Part shown: positions 17,464-28,149 of the stretch, piece by piece | How positions within the stretch are numbered: the stretch's first letter is position 1 | Layout: every line of letters starts with the position of its first letter | DNA from: Candidatus Aminicenantes bacterium | GTDB taxonomy: Bacteria; Acidobacteriota; Aminicenantia; Aminicenantales; UBA8522 | DNA length: 64,000 nt | Reading direction: 5' to 3' | NCBI GenBank assembly: GCA_963764885.1 | Contig: CAVXUH010000014.1 | Span: forward strand, 27,319-91,318 | Translations under genes and position numbers: made by a program | Notes under the pieces: model-generated | What the model was told of the DNA's origin: nothing | What the model saw: only the letters and a program-made list of their open reading frames with translations | The model's database searches: none

Positions 17464-20400
17464 TCACTTCACGATTAAGATCCAGCCTTTGCCCGGCTCG
17501 ACGGGGATCGGGTCGCCCGGACGGAACGAGGCCGCCGGTTGAAAGTCGGCGATCGCCGGCGCCGTGATCTTCGCTTCGCCCGGGTTCAAGCCCAGTGCCG
17601 GCCAGTCGATGTCCAAGCGCGCTTCGATCTTGTCCTTGGACCAGCTCGCGATGGCCAGCATCGCACCGCCCTTTTTCACGTAGGCGGTGGCCAGAACGTC
17701 CGGATGGCCGGTCCTGACGGGGCAATTCAGCGACCAATACCCGAACATTGCCGCCTCGCCGATGCCGAATTCATCCCAGACCTTCCATAGCCGCGACGGG
17801 TCCTGGCCCGACCAGGGCAGCCGGTTCGTCATCCCGTAGACCATGCCCCGCCAGGGGTTCCCGCCGTCCTGGAGCATCTCGCCCATCAGCCCGAACGGGA
17901 TCCCCGAGATCTCGACGAGCCAGGTGTCGGGCGCGGAGCCGTAGTCGAAGTATTCCCCGAACCAGAGACGGTTGAGGTACGGGAAATGCTCCAGGTAGAG
18001 GTTGGCGCTCGAGGCGAACCCGTCGCGCGGGTTGAACTGGTTGGCCGAGTGGAGGTCGATGAGCGCGCCCGGCCGTCCCCGGTCGAGGATCTTGCGGACG
18101 CGCTTCATGGTCGTCCGGTCGAAGGCGACGTCGTCGATATAGAGGCCGTCGATCCCGACGTTCTTGACCAGCCAGTCGAGCCCCTCGAGGTAATAATTGT
18201 GCCAGCGGGACAGGCCGCTGTTGATGATGGCCGCGTCCTTGAGCTCGGGCACGAACCAGGCGGCGATATAGTCCGAGGCCAGGTGCTCCTGGAGCCAGGA
18301 GAACCCGCCGCCCGGGCCGGGGAAAAGATCTCGCCCCCCAGGCTGCGCAGCGCAAAGAGCTCCGCCGCCCGGTTCGAAAGCTCGCGGATCGTGTAGTAGA
18401 TCTTCACTTTCAGCCCGCGGGCGTGGGCCTCGTCGACGTAGGACTTCATATCGGCGGGCCGGAGGAAAGGATAGTTGATGTACGGGTTGATGTCCGTCGC
18501 GTGGTGGATATTGACCGTGTTCGCGCCGGTGCCGGCCGCTTCTGCCGCAGGCTTGAACGCATGGAAGAAGCGCGTAGCAAAATGGGCGCCTGGGTCGATC
18601 GGCTTAAAGGGGGTGAGGAGGAGGTTGAAGTTGAAGTGGAGCGGTTCGTGCGCCGGGATGCGCCGGGGGCCGCTCGAGGCCGTAAAAAGGACGGTCGAGG
18701 CGCTCGATTCCTCGACGGCGCAGATCCCCTCGCCGTTGTTCCACCAGGAGGGCGGCAGGTTGAGCGGCTTCGAGAGGTAGAAGTTCGTGTTGAGAGGCCG
18801 CGAATAGTTCTCGTCCCGAAGGCTGACCTGGAGGCCGCCGTTGACATCGCCCAGCCAGAGGGCGTCCTGGTTCTTGGTGCGGTCCCAGGCCCAGGCGAAT
18901 TCGGCCGGGCGGAGGCCTCCCTTGTGGCCCAGTCCCATCATGTAGCGGGCGGCGTCGCGGACGAGTGGGATCTCGAGCCGGATGTCGGAAACGTCGACCG
19001 CCGCCGCTGTCTCCACGCTGACCTTGAACTCGACAAACCCGTCAGACTCCATCCTGCCTTGGACATTGAGCGTGAACGGCCCGGACCGGCTCTCGGCACT
19101 CCAAGCGACGGCGCCGGGGGCCGGCTTCGTGAACTCGCATATCCCCGGCGCCGACGGAAGGTCATTTCCCTCGGCGTCCTGGACGATGAGTGCGACGGGG
19201 GAGGAGAGGAGCTCGCGCCCGGCGGTGCCGATGCCCGTCACCTCGGGCGTAAAGAAGCTCGTGATCCGGTCGGGCAGGCCGTTGCCGCCGACGGCCAGGT
19301 CGCGGCCGAGGCAGGAAACCGTCCGCCGGTCGACGCGGAGCGGCGTGTAGGGGGGGACGACGCCGTCGTCGAAGGCGATCCTGGAATCGAGCCAGCGGAG
19401 GCGCGACATGCGGGAGGGCTCGGAGTCGCCCGCGTCCGAGAGGATGCCGGCCTTGACGTCCAGCCGCAGCCTGATCCGGGCCTGGGGCAGCCCTTTGGGC
19501 CGGACCGTGATCGCGCCTTCGTAAATTCCGGGGGGCACTTCCTTCGGGACCTGGACGCCGCACCAGAGCGGCTGGACTTGGCCGAGCGGCACGGCACAAG
19601 CTTTGGCGAACGTCCGTCCATCCCAATCGACCCCGCCGGTATTGAAGGAACTCATGCCGGACGCGGGGATCGAGGGCGGACTGGTTGCGACAGGTCCGGA
19701 AGTCACAGCCGAAGGCATCGGCGCCGATCTCGTCGCAGGCTCTTTATCCCTTGAAGTCCTTGCGCCCGGGGGCTTGACGGCCGCTGCCGGTCGGATCAGA
19801 GCCATATCTTCGAACGCCACTTCGATGCCCTCGATGGCTTGCCGGCCGGCGAAAACGCCGATCTGAAAGGTGAAGTATTCTCCCCGGAGCGCTTCGCCGG
19901 CGAATTCGTTCCCCGGGCCGGCCTCGACCCAGCGAAGCGGCAAGTCGTCCTTCATCCGGACCGGAAAGCGGCGGCCCTCGGGGAACAGAAGATACGGCGC
20001 CCCGGGATGTTGGGAAACGAGCGCCGCGATCTCCTCGGCTGTGGCGACCACTTCCATGGGAAAGAAGCTGTTGAAATCGTCGATGGACTGGAACTCCACG
20101 ACCCGGGCCGGGGGCAACCCGGCCGCGTTCCCGGCGGTCCCCATGAATGGCGCCAGGCCCCATGTCTTGAGCCAGCCCTCGTCGGCCGTGAGCTCCATCA
20201 GGTCATAAGTGACGGTGGGATAGTGGGGACTGCCCTTCGAGGTGTTCGTCAGATAATAGAAATAATAATCTCCCGGCGCGGTCGACGGCTGGAAGACGAA
20301 ATCCCCGTATTCCCGGTTGAGGATGGTCGGGCAGACGTTCTTGACGCGCGCTCCGGTCGCCGCGTCGACGACCACCACGTTCTTCTTTTCCGGATTCGTG

Positions 20401-20657
20401 TCCCGGCGCCGCCAGGGGACCCGGGCGTAGACGGCATCGGCCTTGGCCTCGACCCGGACGACCGCCCGGTGGTTTCCGTACTTGGCGGCGTCCCAACTGC
20501 CCGTACCGTAACGTAATTCCTGAGCGGCCGGCGCCGACGATACGGCGAAAGCGGCGGCCGAAGAAGGAGCGCCCATCGGGGCCAGGCCGTAGACGGCGGC
20601 AAAGATGATCAGCATGGAGGACAGTGCTAACGGACTTTTTCGGACGACTCGGGCCAT
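17464..20657 (-). CDS. large secreted glycoside-hydrolase-like protein (GH123/DUF4091-like; family assignment tentative); frame shifts near 18300-18315
   Basis: ~1064 aa spanning ORF-track 18105..20657 plus 17464..18252. Signal peptide present. The C-terminal half is a TIM-barrel-like region (NTVNIHHATDINPYINYPF..; ..YIDDVAFDRTTMKRVRKIL..). The junction lies in a ttttccccggcccgggcggcggg homopolymer-rich run, where a 1-nt indel restores ..GGEIFPGPGGGFSWLQEHLASDYIAAWFVPELK.. A paralog lies at 23873-26158. Confidence 0.6.
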
Positions 20658-20765
20658 GCCTGCCTCCCGCCGCTATTCTAATATGAACGCACCCGTCGGG
20701 GAAACACCCCGCTCCTTATTGCCCAAAGGGCGCGCGCGGGATAAACTAATCCGGGAGTGAAGCCC

Positions 20766-22790
20766 ATGAAAAAGACTGCGAGTCCGGGGGCCGGCCGAGG
20801 CCTCGGGCTGTCGATTCTGGCCGCCGGTGCGCTGGTCAGCATCTCGGTCTCGATGCTGCCGGGCGATACCGGCGCCGACCGCTGGTACATCATCAAGATC
20901 GCCGGCAACCCGGCCGGCTATGTGCACGAGGTTGTTGAGGAGAAAGCGGCGCCCGAGGCCAAGGCGAAGTCGGCCCCCCAGGCCAAGACGGCACCCGCGC
21001 CGCGCCTGCTGGTCACGACATCCGACATGCGGCTCGTCCTCAACAGGCTGGGGAGCCGGATCGAGCTCCGTTTCCTTTCTTCGGCGGACGAGTCGGCCGA
21101 AGGCCGGCTTCTCCGGACCGAGTATGTCATGCTGGCGTCGAACCAGTCGACGAAATCCACGGCCGTCGTGGATGACGGGAAGATCGAAGTGACCAGCGAG
21201 GCCGCCGGCAAGGCCTACACGAACGTCCTGACGTTCACGGGCACGCTGTTCGGCCCGGAGGCCATCCGGCGAGGTTGCGCCCAGGCGCTCCGGAAACCCG
21301 GCGACCGGATCACCATCCAGACGTTTGTTCCCGAGGCCAATCTGGTGGGCAACCTGACGCGGGTTGTCCTCAGCCGGGATACCGTCATTCTCGAGGGCCG
21401 ACCCTTCCCGGCGGTCAAGGTCGAGGAGACCCTCGAGGGGATGCCCATCAAGCGCACAGGCTGGCTCGACCTCGACGGAAACCTCCTTAAGCAGGAGGAA
21501 CCCGGGCCGTTCGGGCTCATGGAGGTCGCGCGGGCGGAGAAGGATGCCGCCATGGCCGCGGCGGCCGGAGTGGAGCTTCCCGCCGAGATCTATCAGAAAT
21601 CGATCGTCCGGACGAATATCCGCCTGCCCCGGTATGCACCCATCGACCGCCTCAAGCTCAGGCTCACCCACCGGGACCCGGCGCTCGGCTGGCCCGATTT
21701 CAAGGGCGGAAACCAGACAGTCATCGAAAAGACGGAAAAACAGCTGGTCCTCGAGATGAGGCGCCCGGCCGCGCCGAAGGACCTGCGCTTTCCCGCGGCG
21801 GCGGCCGATGAGGCTACCCGGCAATATCTCGAGCCCAACGCCTATGTCCAGTCGGACGACGCGGAGATCCGCCAGCTCGCCCGGAAGCTGGCGGGCCGGG
21901 AAAAGGATGCTTTCCAGGCCGTCCTCGCCATGGAACGCTGGGTCGCGGAGCACATGACCTTCGACCTGGGGATCGTTTTTGCGCCGGCCGTCGAAGTCTT
22001 CCAGAGCCGGCGCGGGACATGCGTCGGCTATGCCACGATCCTGGCCACGCTGGCCCGGGCCGCCGGCGTTCCCTCTCGGGTGGCGATGGGGTACGTCTAT
22101 GCCCAGGGGATGTTCGGCGGCCACGCCTGGGCGGAGATCTTCTCCGGCAGGGAGTGGATCCCGGTTGACGCGGCCATCGTCAACGCCGGTGTGGCGGACG
22201 CTACGCACGTGAGGGTCATGGCGTCGTCCCTCGCCGGCGGGCCGGGGGAGATGAGCATCGGGCCGGCCCAGCAGATCTTCGGCCAGGTGGATATCTCCAT
22301 CCTGGAATACGATACGGATAAGAGGACGACGGTCGTGCCGCCGGACGCCAAGCCCTACACGGTCGAAGGGAACCGGTACGTCAACCCGTGGCTGAGCATC
22401 ACGCTGGCCAAGCCGCCGGATTTCGTCTTCGCCAAGCTCGACGCCATCTGGCCGGATCCGACGGTCGTGGGCCTGATGGGGCCGAACGGCGAAAAAGTCT
22501 CGCTCGAAGAGCAGCCCGTCTATCCCTGGGAGTCCGCCGGCAGGGCCGCGGCGGAGAGGGTACGCAGACTCGTACCCAAACCGAAGAGCGGTCAAAGCAG
22601 CCTGGGCGAAAGGCTGGCTGATCGATGGACTGAGGTGTTGCGGTCCACCGACGGCAGAACGGCAGCGGCGGCTTTCGCCAGGGACCAGGCCACGTGCGAT
22701 CTTTTGGTGTTGAAAGTCGAGGGCCCGGACGCGGAAAGGATCCTGCGCCAGATCGCCGAGAGCCTCCGGCTCGGCTCTCCTTATGACTGA
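20766..22790 (+). CDS. secreted transglutaminase-like (Cys-His-Asp papain-fold) domain protein
   Basis: GGGAG RBS before ATG 20766 and a signal peptide. The C-terminal half carries a transglutaminase-core motif around the catalytic Cys (FQSRRGTCVGYATILATLARAAGVPSRVAMGY) and a GGHAWAEI His motif. The minus-strand ORF 20673..22823 is a shadow. Confidence 0.75.
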   Translation: MKKTASPGAGRGLGLSILAAGALVSISVSMLPGDTGADRWYIIKIAGNPAGYVHEVVEEKAAPEAKAKSAPQAKTAPAPRLLVTTSDMRLVLNRLGSRIELRFLSSADESAEGRLLRTEYVMLASNQSTKSTAVVDDGKIEVTSEAAGKAYTNVLTFTGTLFGPEAIRRGCAQALRKPGDRITIQTFVPEANLVGNLTRVVLSRDTVILEGRPFPAVKVEETLEGMPIKRTGWLDLDGNLLKQEEPGPFGLMEVARAEKDAAMAAAAGVELPAEIYQKSIVRTNIRLPRYAPIDRLKLRLTHRDPALGWPDFKGGNQTVIEKTEKQLVLEMRRPAAPKDLRFPAAAADEATRQYLEPNAYVQSDDAEIRQLARKLAGREKDAFQAVLAMERWVAEHMTFDLGIVFAPAVEVFQSRRGTCVGYATILATLARAAGVPSRVAMGYVYAQGMFGGHAWAEIFSGREWIPVDAAIVNAGVADATHVRVMASSLAGGPGEMSIGPAQQIFGQVDISILEYDTDKRTTVVPPDAKPYTVEGNRYVNPWLSITLAKPPDFVFAKLDAIWPDPTVVGLMGPNGEKVSLEEQPVYPWESAGRAAAERVRRLVPKPKSGQSSLGERLADRWTEVLRSTDGRTAAAAFARDQATCDLLVLKVEGPDAERILRQIAESLRLGSPYD

Positions 22791-22969
22791 CACCACGCGC
22801 ACTATTCGAGGGACACTGACCACAATTTAGACAATGACAATTCGTGTCCCCCGATTTCCCGACGAGGTCGGGAGATCCGAGGCTTGACCGGCCAGCTCGA
22901 ATCGGAGTTAAATGAGCTCGCTCTCGCTGGATTGTGTCCCTTAATAGATCAAGGGGATCGGAATTCAAC

Positions 22970-23821
22970 ATGAAAAAAGCCGACGCACCTGAAAACAAAA
23001 CGCGCAGCAAGTTCATAAGGAGCGAGGGAGACCGGCTGAGGCGTGTCATCGTCTGCGCGCCGCGCCGGGAGTACTTCCGCGTGGACGATCTCGAGGCGCA
23101 CAATATCGAGGCCGCGGCGGACCCGCTCAAGGCGCGGCAACAGCACGCGGAGCTTCGGGCCGCGCTCCGGGAGGCGGGCGCTAGGGTCATCGACATCCCC
23201 GAGCTCGAAGGTCATCCGAACTCGGTCTTCGCCCGCGATGCCTGCCTGGTGACGCCCGCGGGCTATATCAAGCTCAGGATGGGCCTGCCGACGCGGCGCG
23301 GCGAAGAGGCCTGGCTGGCCGCGGCGGTCGAATCGCGAGGAGTCCCCTGCGCAGGGGCGATCGATCCGCCCGGGACCGTCGAGGGCGGGGATGTGATCCT
23401 GGCCGGCCGGGTCGCTTTTGTCGGGCAGTCGGCGAGGACCAATACGAACGGGGTGCGGCAGCTGTCCCGGCGGCTCGGGAAAATGGGTATCGAGACCCGG
23501 ACGCTCAGGCTGCCGGCCTCGCGCTTGCATATCGGCGGAGAGATGAGCCTCGCCGGACCGAACACCGTGCTCTGCTACCGGGGGCTGTTCCCCGGCGGTT
23601 TTTTTGAGGGATTCGAGGCCCTCGAGATCCCCGAGTCCGTCCAGGCGAGCCCCAATATCATCTCCCTCGGCCTGGGCCGGGTCATGGTCGAAAAAGATAA
23701 CGCGGCTGCGATCAAAGCTCTGGTCAAGGCCGGCTTCGCCGTCCGTGCCCTCGACCTCTCCGAGTTCGTCAAGGGCCGGGGCGGCCCGAGCTGCCTCATC
23801 ATGCCGCTGGAGCGCGGCTGA
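22970..23821 (+). CDS. dimethylarginine dimethylaminohydrolase (DDAH) / amidinotransferase-superfamily hydrolase
   Basis: 283 aa. Pentein fold with a C-terminal catalytic Cys in ..GRGGPSCLIMPLER, characteristic of the DDAH/arginine-deiminase superfamily. Confidence 0.75.
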   Translation: MKKADAPENKTRSKFIRSEGDRLRRVIVCAPRREYFRVDDLEAHNIEAAADPLKARQQHAELRAALREAGARVIDIPELEGHPNSVFARDACLVTPAGYIKLRMGLPTRRGEEAWLAAAVESRGVPCAGAIDPPGTVEGGDVILAGRVAFVGQSARTNTNGVRQLSRRLGKMGIETRTLRLPASRLHIGGEMSLAGPNTVLCYRGLFPGGFFEGFEALEIPESVQASPNIISLGLGRVMVEKDNAAAIKALVKAGFAVRALDLSEFVKGRGGPSCLIMPLERG

Positions 23822-23872
23822 GGCGGGGCGGACATTCCCCGGTTAAGGGAAACCGCGCGGAGGAGGCGCCCG

Positions 23873-26158
23873 ATGGGTAAAACATCCGGCCGGACAATCA
23901 TTATGCTATTATTTTGTTTATTATCAATTATTTACGCATGTATTGAGGGTTGGGCCCAGGGGCCATCGGGTCCTCCAGGACCGGGCTATCGCCTCTCCGT
24001 CGGTCCGGTGGCGAGCGTCTGGTGGGCCGAGGGGGTTTATAAGATTATGAGGACCGATCCCGTCCCGGATGCGCGGTCGACCGGCGTCACCCTGTTCGCC
24101 GCTCGGAACGAATATGAGCCTTTCATTCTTGTCCTCAGGCCGGAACGGAGGCTGGACAGGGTCCGGGTGGAATGCGGTCCGCTGGCCGGCCCCGGCGGCG
24201 CCGTTATCCCCTCATCGCGGGTCTCCGTCTGCCACGTCGGTTACGTCGAAGTGACGGTCCCGACCGACGCTGCGGGCGCGGCGGGCGAATGGCCCGACCC
24301 GCTGCCTCCCTGCGAAGGACCGTTTACGGCCGCCGCCGGGGAAAACCACCCTCTCTGGATAACGGTCTTCGTCCCCCCCGACGTCCCGGGCGGCGATTAC
24401 ACCGGCCAGGTCCGACTGACGGCCGGTCCCTGGCTGAGCGAGGTTTCCGTCACGCTCAGGGTCTGGGATTTCGGCCTGCCGCGGGAACCTCATCTCCGCT
24501 CGTCCTTCGGCACGTCCGCAGGCTTGATACGCCTCTACCATAACCTCGAGACCGGAGAAGAACTCGAACGGGTGGCGGACCTCTACTATCAAAATTTCCG
24601 CGACCATCGGCTGGCGCCCCGCGACCCCATGGAGCTCTACCCGATGCGCGTCAGCGTCAGGGGGGTGGGCTGGCGCGGCGGCGAGTTCAGCGGCGAGGCG
24701 CCGCATTCGGGAAAGCGCGCCATCAGGGCGGCCGATGATTCGGTGTCGGGCGACTGCGAGGTCACCTGCGAAAACCGCATCCCGGTCGCCGGGGGAACGC
24801 CCTATAAGCTGACGTGGTTTGCCAGGACGGCCGCCGCCGGCCAGAAATACACGGCGCTCATCCAAGGCTACGACGCCGAGGGCGGATTCGAGCCCGCCTG
24901 GAACCGGCTGGCGCTCGTCGAAGGGTCCACGGAGTGGAAAGAGGGCGTGATCGAGATCGCGGCCTTCGCACCCGAGGTCAGGTCGGTCAGCATTCATTTT
25001 TTCCCCACGTTCCGGGATGAGGCGGGAACGGCGACCGGCACCGCCTTCTTCGATGACGTCCGCTTCGGGCCGGCCGGCGACGGGGCGAACCTCCTCCGGG
25101 GCGGGGACATCGAGATGGATCCGTCCGGGATGTCGGTCGAAGTGGACTGGACCGATTTCGACCGTGGCGCCCGGCGCTGCCTCGACGAGTTGGGGTTCAA
25201 CGCCTTCGACCTGCGGCTCGAGGGCCTGGGTTCGGGCTCATTCTACAGCCGGAAGAAGGGCATTTTTGCGGGCTTCCCCCAGGGGACACCCGAGTACGAC
25301 AGCCTGATGGGCCGCTACCTGGCGCAGGTCGAGCGGCATCTGGAGCGAAATGGCTGGCTGGGCAAGGAGTACATCTATTGGTTCGACGAGCCCGACCCGA
25401 AGGATTATCCGTTCGTGCGGGAGGGGATGGTCGACATCAGGAAAGCGGCGCCCCGGCTGACGCGGTTCATCACCGAGCACCGGCCCGGCCCCGACATCAT
25501 GGACGTGAGCGAGGTCAGCTGCACGATCTTCGACCGCGTCGATCCGAAGACCGTGGCCGAGCTCGGCGCCCGAGGCCGCGAGTTCTGGTCATACCTCTGC
25601 ACAGGGCCCAAGGCGCCCTGGGTTACGCTGTTCATCGACCACCCCGCCGTGAACCTCCGGCTCTGGCCCTGGATGTCCTACAAGTTCGGGCTGAAGGGGA
25701 TCCTGGTCTGGGAGGCGATGTACTGGACGAGCGGCAACGTGTTTCCGGAGGACCGCCCGCAGAACCCGTGGTCGGACCCGATGTCCTACACGAGCGGGTA
25801 CGGGACGCCTTACGGCGAAGTCAAGTACTGGGGGAACGGCGACGGGCGGTTCATCTATCCTCCGAACAGGAACGTGGGCGAGGACAAAACGAAATACCTC
25901 GGCGGACCCGTCAACTCCGTGCGCTGGGAGATATTGAGGGAGGGCCTCGAGGATTACGAATATCTCCGGCTTCTCGAGCGGGCGGTCAAGAACGCGCCCA
26001 AGAAACATAAGGCCCTGGCCGCCCAGGGCAAACGGCTCCTCGACATCCCGCCCGCGCTGTTCGCGAGCAGCCGGGAATATACCAAAGACCCTCGGCTGAT
26101 CCTGGATTACCGGAAGCGGATCGGGGACATTCTGGCGGCGTTCTCGGCCGCCGAGTAA
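23873..26158 (+). CDS. secreted glycoside-hydrolase-like protein, paralog of 17464-20657 (GH123/DUF4091-like, tentative)
   Basis: GGAGGAGG RBS 7 nt before ATG 23873. The N-terminal signal-peptide region is encoded by an anomalously AT-rich stretch. Motifs are shared with the paralog (..VFVPPDVPGGDYTGQV.., ..WEILREGLEDYEYLRLL..). Confidence 0.6.
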   Translation: MGKTSGRTIIMLLFCLLSIIYACIEGWAQGPSGPPGPGYRLSVGPVASVWWAEGVYKIMRTDPVPDARSTGVTLFAARNEYEPFILVLRPERRLDRVRVECGPLAGPGGAVIPSSRVSVCHVGYVEVTVPTDAAGAAGEWPDPLPPCEGPFTAAAGENHPLWITVFVPPDVPGGDYTGQVRLTAGPWLSEVSVTLRVWDFGLPREPHLRSSFGTSAGLIRLYHNLETGEELERVADLYYQNFRDHRLAPRDPMELYPMRVSVRGVGWRGGEFSGEAPHSGKRAIRAADDSVSGDCEVTCENRIPVAGGTPYKLTWFARTAAAGQKYTALIQGYDAEGGFEPAWNRLALVEGSTEWKEGVIEIAAFAPEVRSVSIHFFPTFRDEAGTATGTAFFDDVRFGPAGDGANLLRGGDIEMDPSGMSVEVDWTDFDRGARRCLDELGFNAFDLRLEGLGSGSFYSRKKGIFAGFPQGTPEYDSLMGRYLAQVERHLERNGWLGKEYIYWFDEPDPKDYPFVREGMVDIRKAAPRLTRFITEHRPGPDIMDVSEVSCTIFDRVDPKTVAELGARGREFWSYLCTGPKAPWVTLFIDHPAVNLRLWPWMSYKFGLKGILVWEAMYWTSGNVFPEDRPQNPWSDPMSYTSGYGTPYGEVKYWGNGDGRFIYPPNRNVGEDKTKYLGGPVNSVRWEILREGLEDYEYLRLLERAVKNAPKKHKALAAQGKRLLDIPPALFASSREYTKDPRLILDYRKRIGDILAAFSAAE
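23917..23934 (+). repeat. AT-rich 18-mer TTTATTATCAATTATTTA (copy 1 of 2)
   Basis: Identical 18-nt AT-only string recurs at 29748-29765 in the same orientation. It is very unlikely by chance in a ~67% GC window. Confidence 0.8.
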
Positions 26159-26190
26159 GATGGGAAAAGCGGCGCTCCGGAGGTAAAGGC

Positions 26191-26832
26191 GTGAGGGCAG
26201 GGGAGGGTCATCTGGAAAAGCTGGACCCGGCTATCGAGAAGCTGGGAGTCAAGAAAATTTATCGGGCCGATACTTTTCTTTTTCACGCCAAGGACGAGGC
26301 CAAGGGGTTTTTCTATGTGAAGCAGGGAGGGGTTCGCGTCTTCAGGATGGACAAAGACGGCCGGGAGATGGAGATCGTCCGGCTCGGACCGGGGGATTTT
26401 TTCGGGGAGGCGGTAGCCATCGTCGGGGGCAGCTTTCCCGCCTATGCGAGGGCAACGGAAGAAACCAAAGTCATCTATTTCGACCGCCGGGAGATGCTGC
26501 TCAGCATCGGGCGGGACCCGGCGGCGGCGCGGTTCTTCCTGAAGCTCCTCGCCGGCAAGTGCCTCATCCTCAACGAGCGGATCGAGTCGTTGGGGCTGCT
26601 GAGCGTCCGGCAAAGACTCGCGCGGTATCTTCTCTCCTGCTGCGCCGGCGAGCCGAGCTGTCGGGTCGAACTCCAGACCAAGAAAGGCGACCTCGCCAGG
26701 CAGCTCGGCATCGTCAGCGAGACGCTGTCGCGGAACCTCAGGGAGTTGGAGGATGAAGGCCTGATCCAGGTCAAGGGAAGGAGCATCCGCGTCATGGACT
26801 GCCTCAGGCTGAAGCGAGAGCTACCCGAATAG
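26191..26832 (+). CDS. Crp/Fnr-family transcriptional regulator (cNMP-binding domain + C-terminal HTH)
   Basis: GGAGGTAAAGGC RBS before GTG 26191. cNMP-binding beta-roll (..GDFFGE..), a dimerisation helix, and a C-terminal HTH (ARQLGIVSETLSRNLRELEDEGLI). Confidence 0.85.
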   Translation: MRAGEGHLEKLDPAIEKLGVKKIYRADTFLFHAKDEAKGFFYVKQGGVRVFRMDKDGREMEIVRLGPGDFFGEAVAIVGGSFPAYARATEETKVIYFDRREMLLSIGRDPAAARFFLKLLAGKCLILNERIESLGLLSVRQRLARYLLSCCAGEPSCRVELQTKKGDLARQLGIVSETLSRNLRELEDEGLIQVKGRSIRVMDCLRLKRELPE

Positions 26833-26914
26833 GGGTGCCGCTCGCGGGGAGACTGAGGCCTCCTCGCGCCCCTTCCGACATATCCACCCGGGAGAGCGGT
26901 TGGCAGGCTGAATT

Positions 26915-26928
26915 TTGACCCGAGTCAA
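26915..26928 (+). promoter_or_regulatory. FNR/FixK-type box TTGAC-N4-GTCAA centred at -41.5 of a TATACT -10 (class II Crp/Fnr-dependent promoter)
   Basis: TTGACccgaGTCAA at 26915-26928. The -10 TATACT is at 26951-26956 and the predicted TSS ~26963 puts the box centre at -41.5. AGAGGAG RBS, then ATG 26989. Confidence 0.55.
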
Positions 26929-26988
26929 GGAACGGGCAAAGGCGTTGAGTTATACTAGCAAGAGGATATCAAGAGGAGTCGAAGGCCC

Positions 26989-27787
26989 ATGGCAAAAAGG
27001 AAGATCATCGAGATCGAAAGAGATCTATGCGACGGCTGCGGTCTGTGCACCACGGCCTGCGCCGAGGGCGCGCTGGCCCTGGATGAGGAGGGCAAGGCCG
27101 TGCTGGTCAGGGAAATCTACTGCGATGGACTGGGCGCCTGCCTGGATGTCTGTCCGACGGGCGCGCTCAAGATCGTCGAAAGGGAGGTCTCAGGCTACGA
27201 CCCGGCGGCGGCTTATCGTCACGTCTTGAAGACGCGGGGAGCCGACGCAGCGGCCAAGGTCCATGGCGCCGATGATCTGAAGGCAGGGGGAACACCGGCT
27301 GAAGGAAGGCCCGGCGAGCGCCAGCAAGGGCCCAACGGCCGCCGGTTCGCCCCAAGAGCCGTAAGTTCCGCCGGCCGGCAGCCTCTTGCCCGCGGTTGTC
27401 CCGGAAGCGCGGCCCGGGAGATACCGCGGGAGAAGTCGGAGGCGGGCGCCCCAACGGACCGTCTCCGGTGCCTCAGAGCTTCGCCAGTGGCCGATCCAGC
27501 TCCACTTCGTATCTCCCTACGCGCCCTATTTCAAGGAAGCGGATTTGCTGATCGCGGCCGACTGCACGGCCTTCTCGCTGGGCAGCTTCCATCAGGACCT
27601 GCTCAAGGGCAAGATGCTGGTCATCGCCTGCCCCAAGCTCGACGAGACCGAAGGTTACGTCGACAAGCTCTCGGAGATCGTCCGGGAGAATCGCCCCAAG
27701 TCCCTGACCGTCGCCATCATGACGGTTCCCTGCTGCTCCGGTCTGTTCAGGATGGTCGAAGAGGCCGTCCATCAGCTCGGGAGTTGA
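26989..27787 (+). CDS. 4Fe-4S dicluster ferredoxin-domain protein with a conserved C-terminal CxxC...PCC domain; frameshifted (at least 1-2 indels)
   Basis: N-terminus [60 protein letters not shown] (two Cx2Cx2Cx3CP-type motifs). The C-terminal part, in another frame (ORF-track 27386..27787), reads ..[49 protein letters not shown]...TVPCCSGL.. This matches a widespread anaerobe family of 4Fe-4S-dicluster proteins with a C-terminal Cys-rich domain (assigned by sequence similarity). Confidence 0.6.
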
Positions 27788-28149
27788 CCTGCCCGTCGAA
27801 AAGAGAGGTGATCCATATCGACGGCCGGTTCACGCGCACTGACGGCGCCGGCGTAGTGGCCGTACCGGCGCCAAGTCCGGGAACCGGACACTCATTGGCT
27901 TAGTTTACAGCGATCTGAGATCAGCGTAGATTCGAGCGGGACGACATTCGGGATAATGGATATTGCTATTTGAGAATTAAGCAGCATCAACCGTCGAGGG
28001 CAGGCTATACGGTCAATAGTCCAGGTCGGAAATTGTCGGGTTATCAAGAAATTCACGCCTCGTCGCGTGCCGAGATACTGCGGGAATACTACGATATCGC
28101 GGCATCAGAAGCGATTCACGCCCGGGATCCAGGGCCAATCGTCCGAGGA

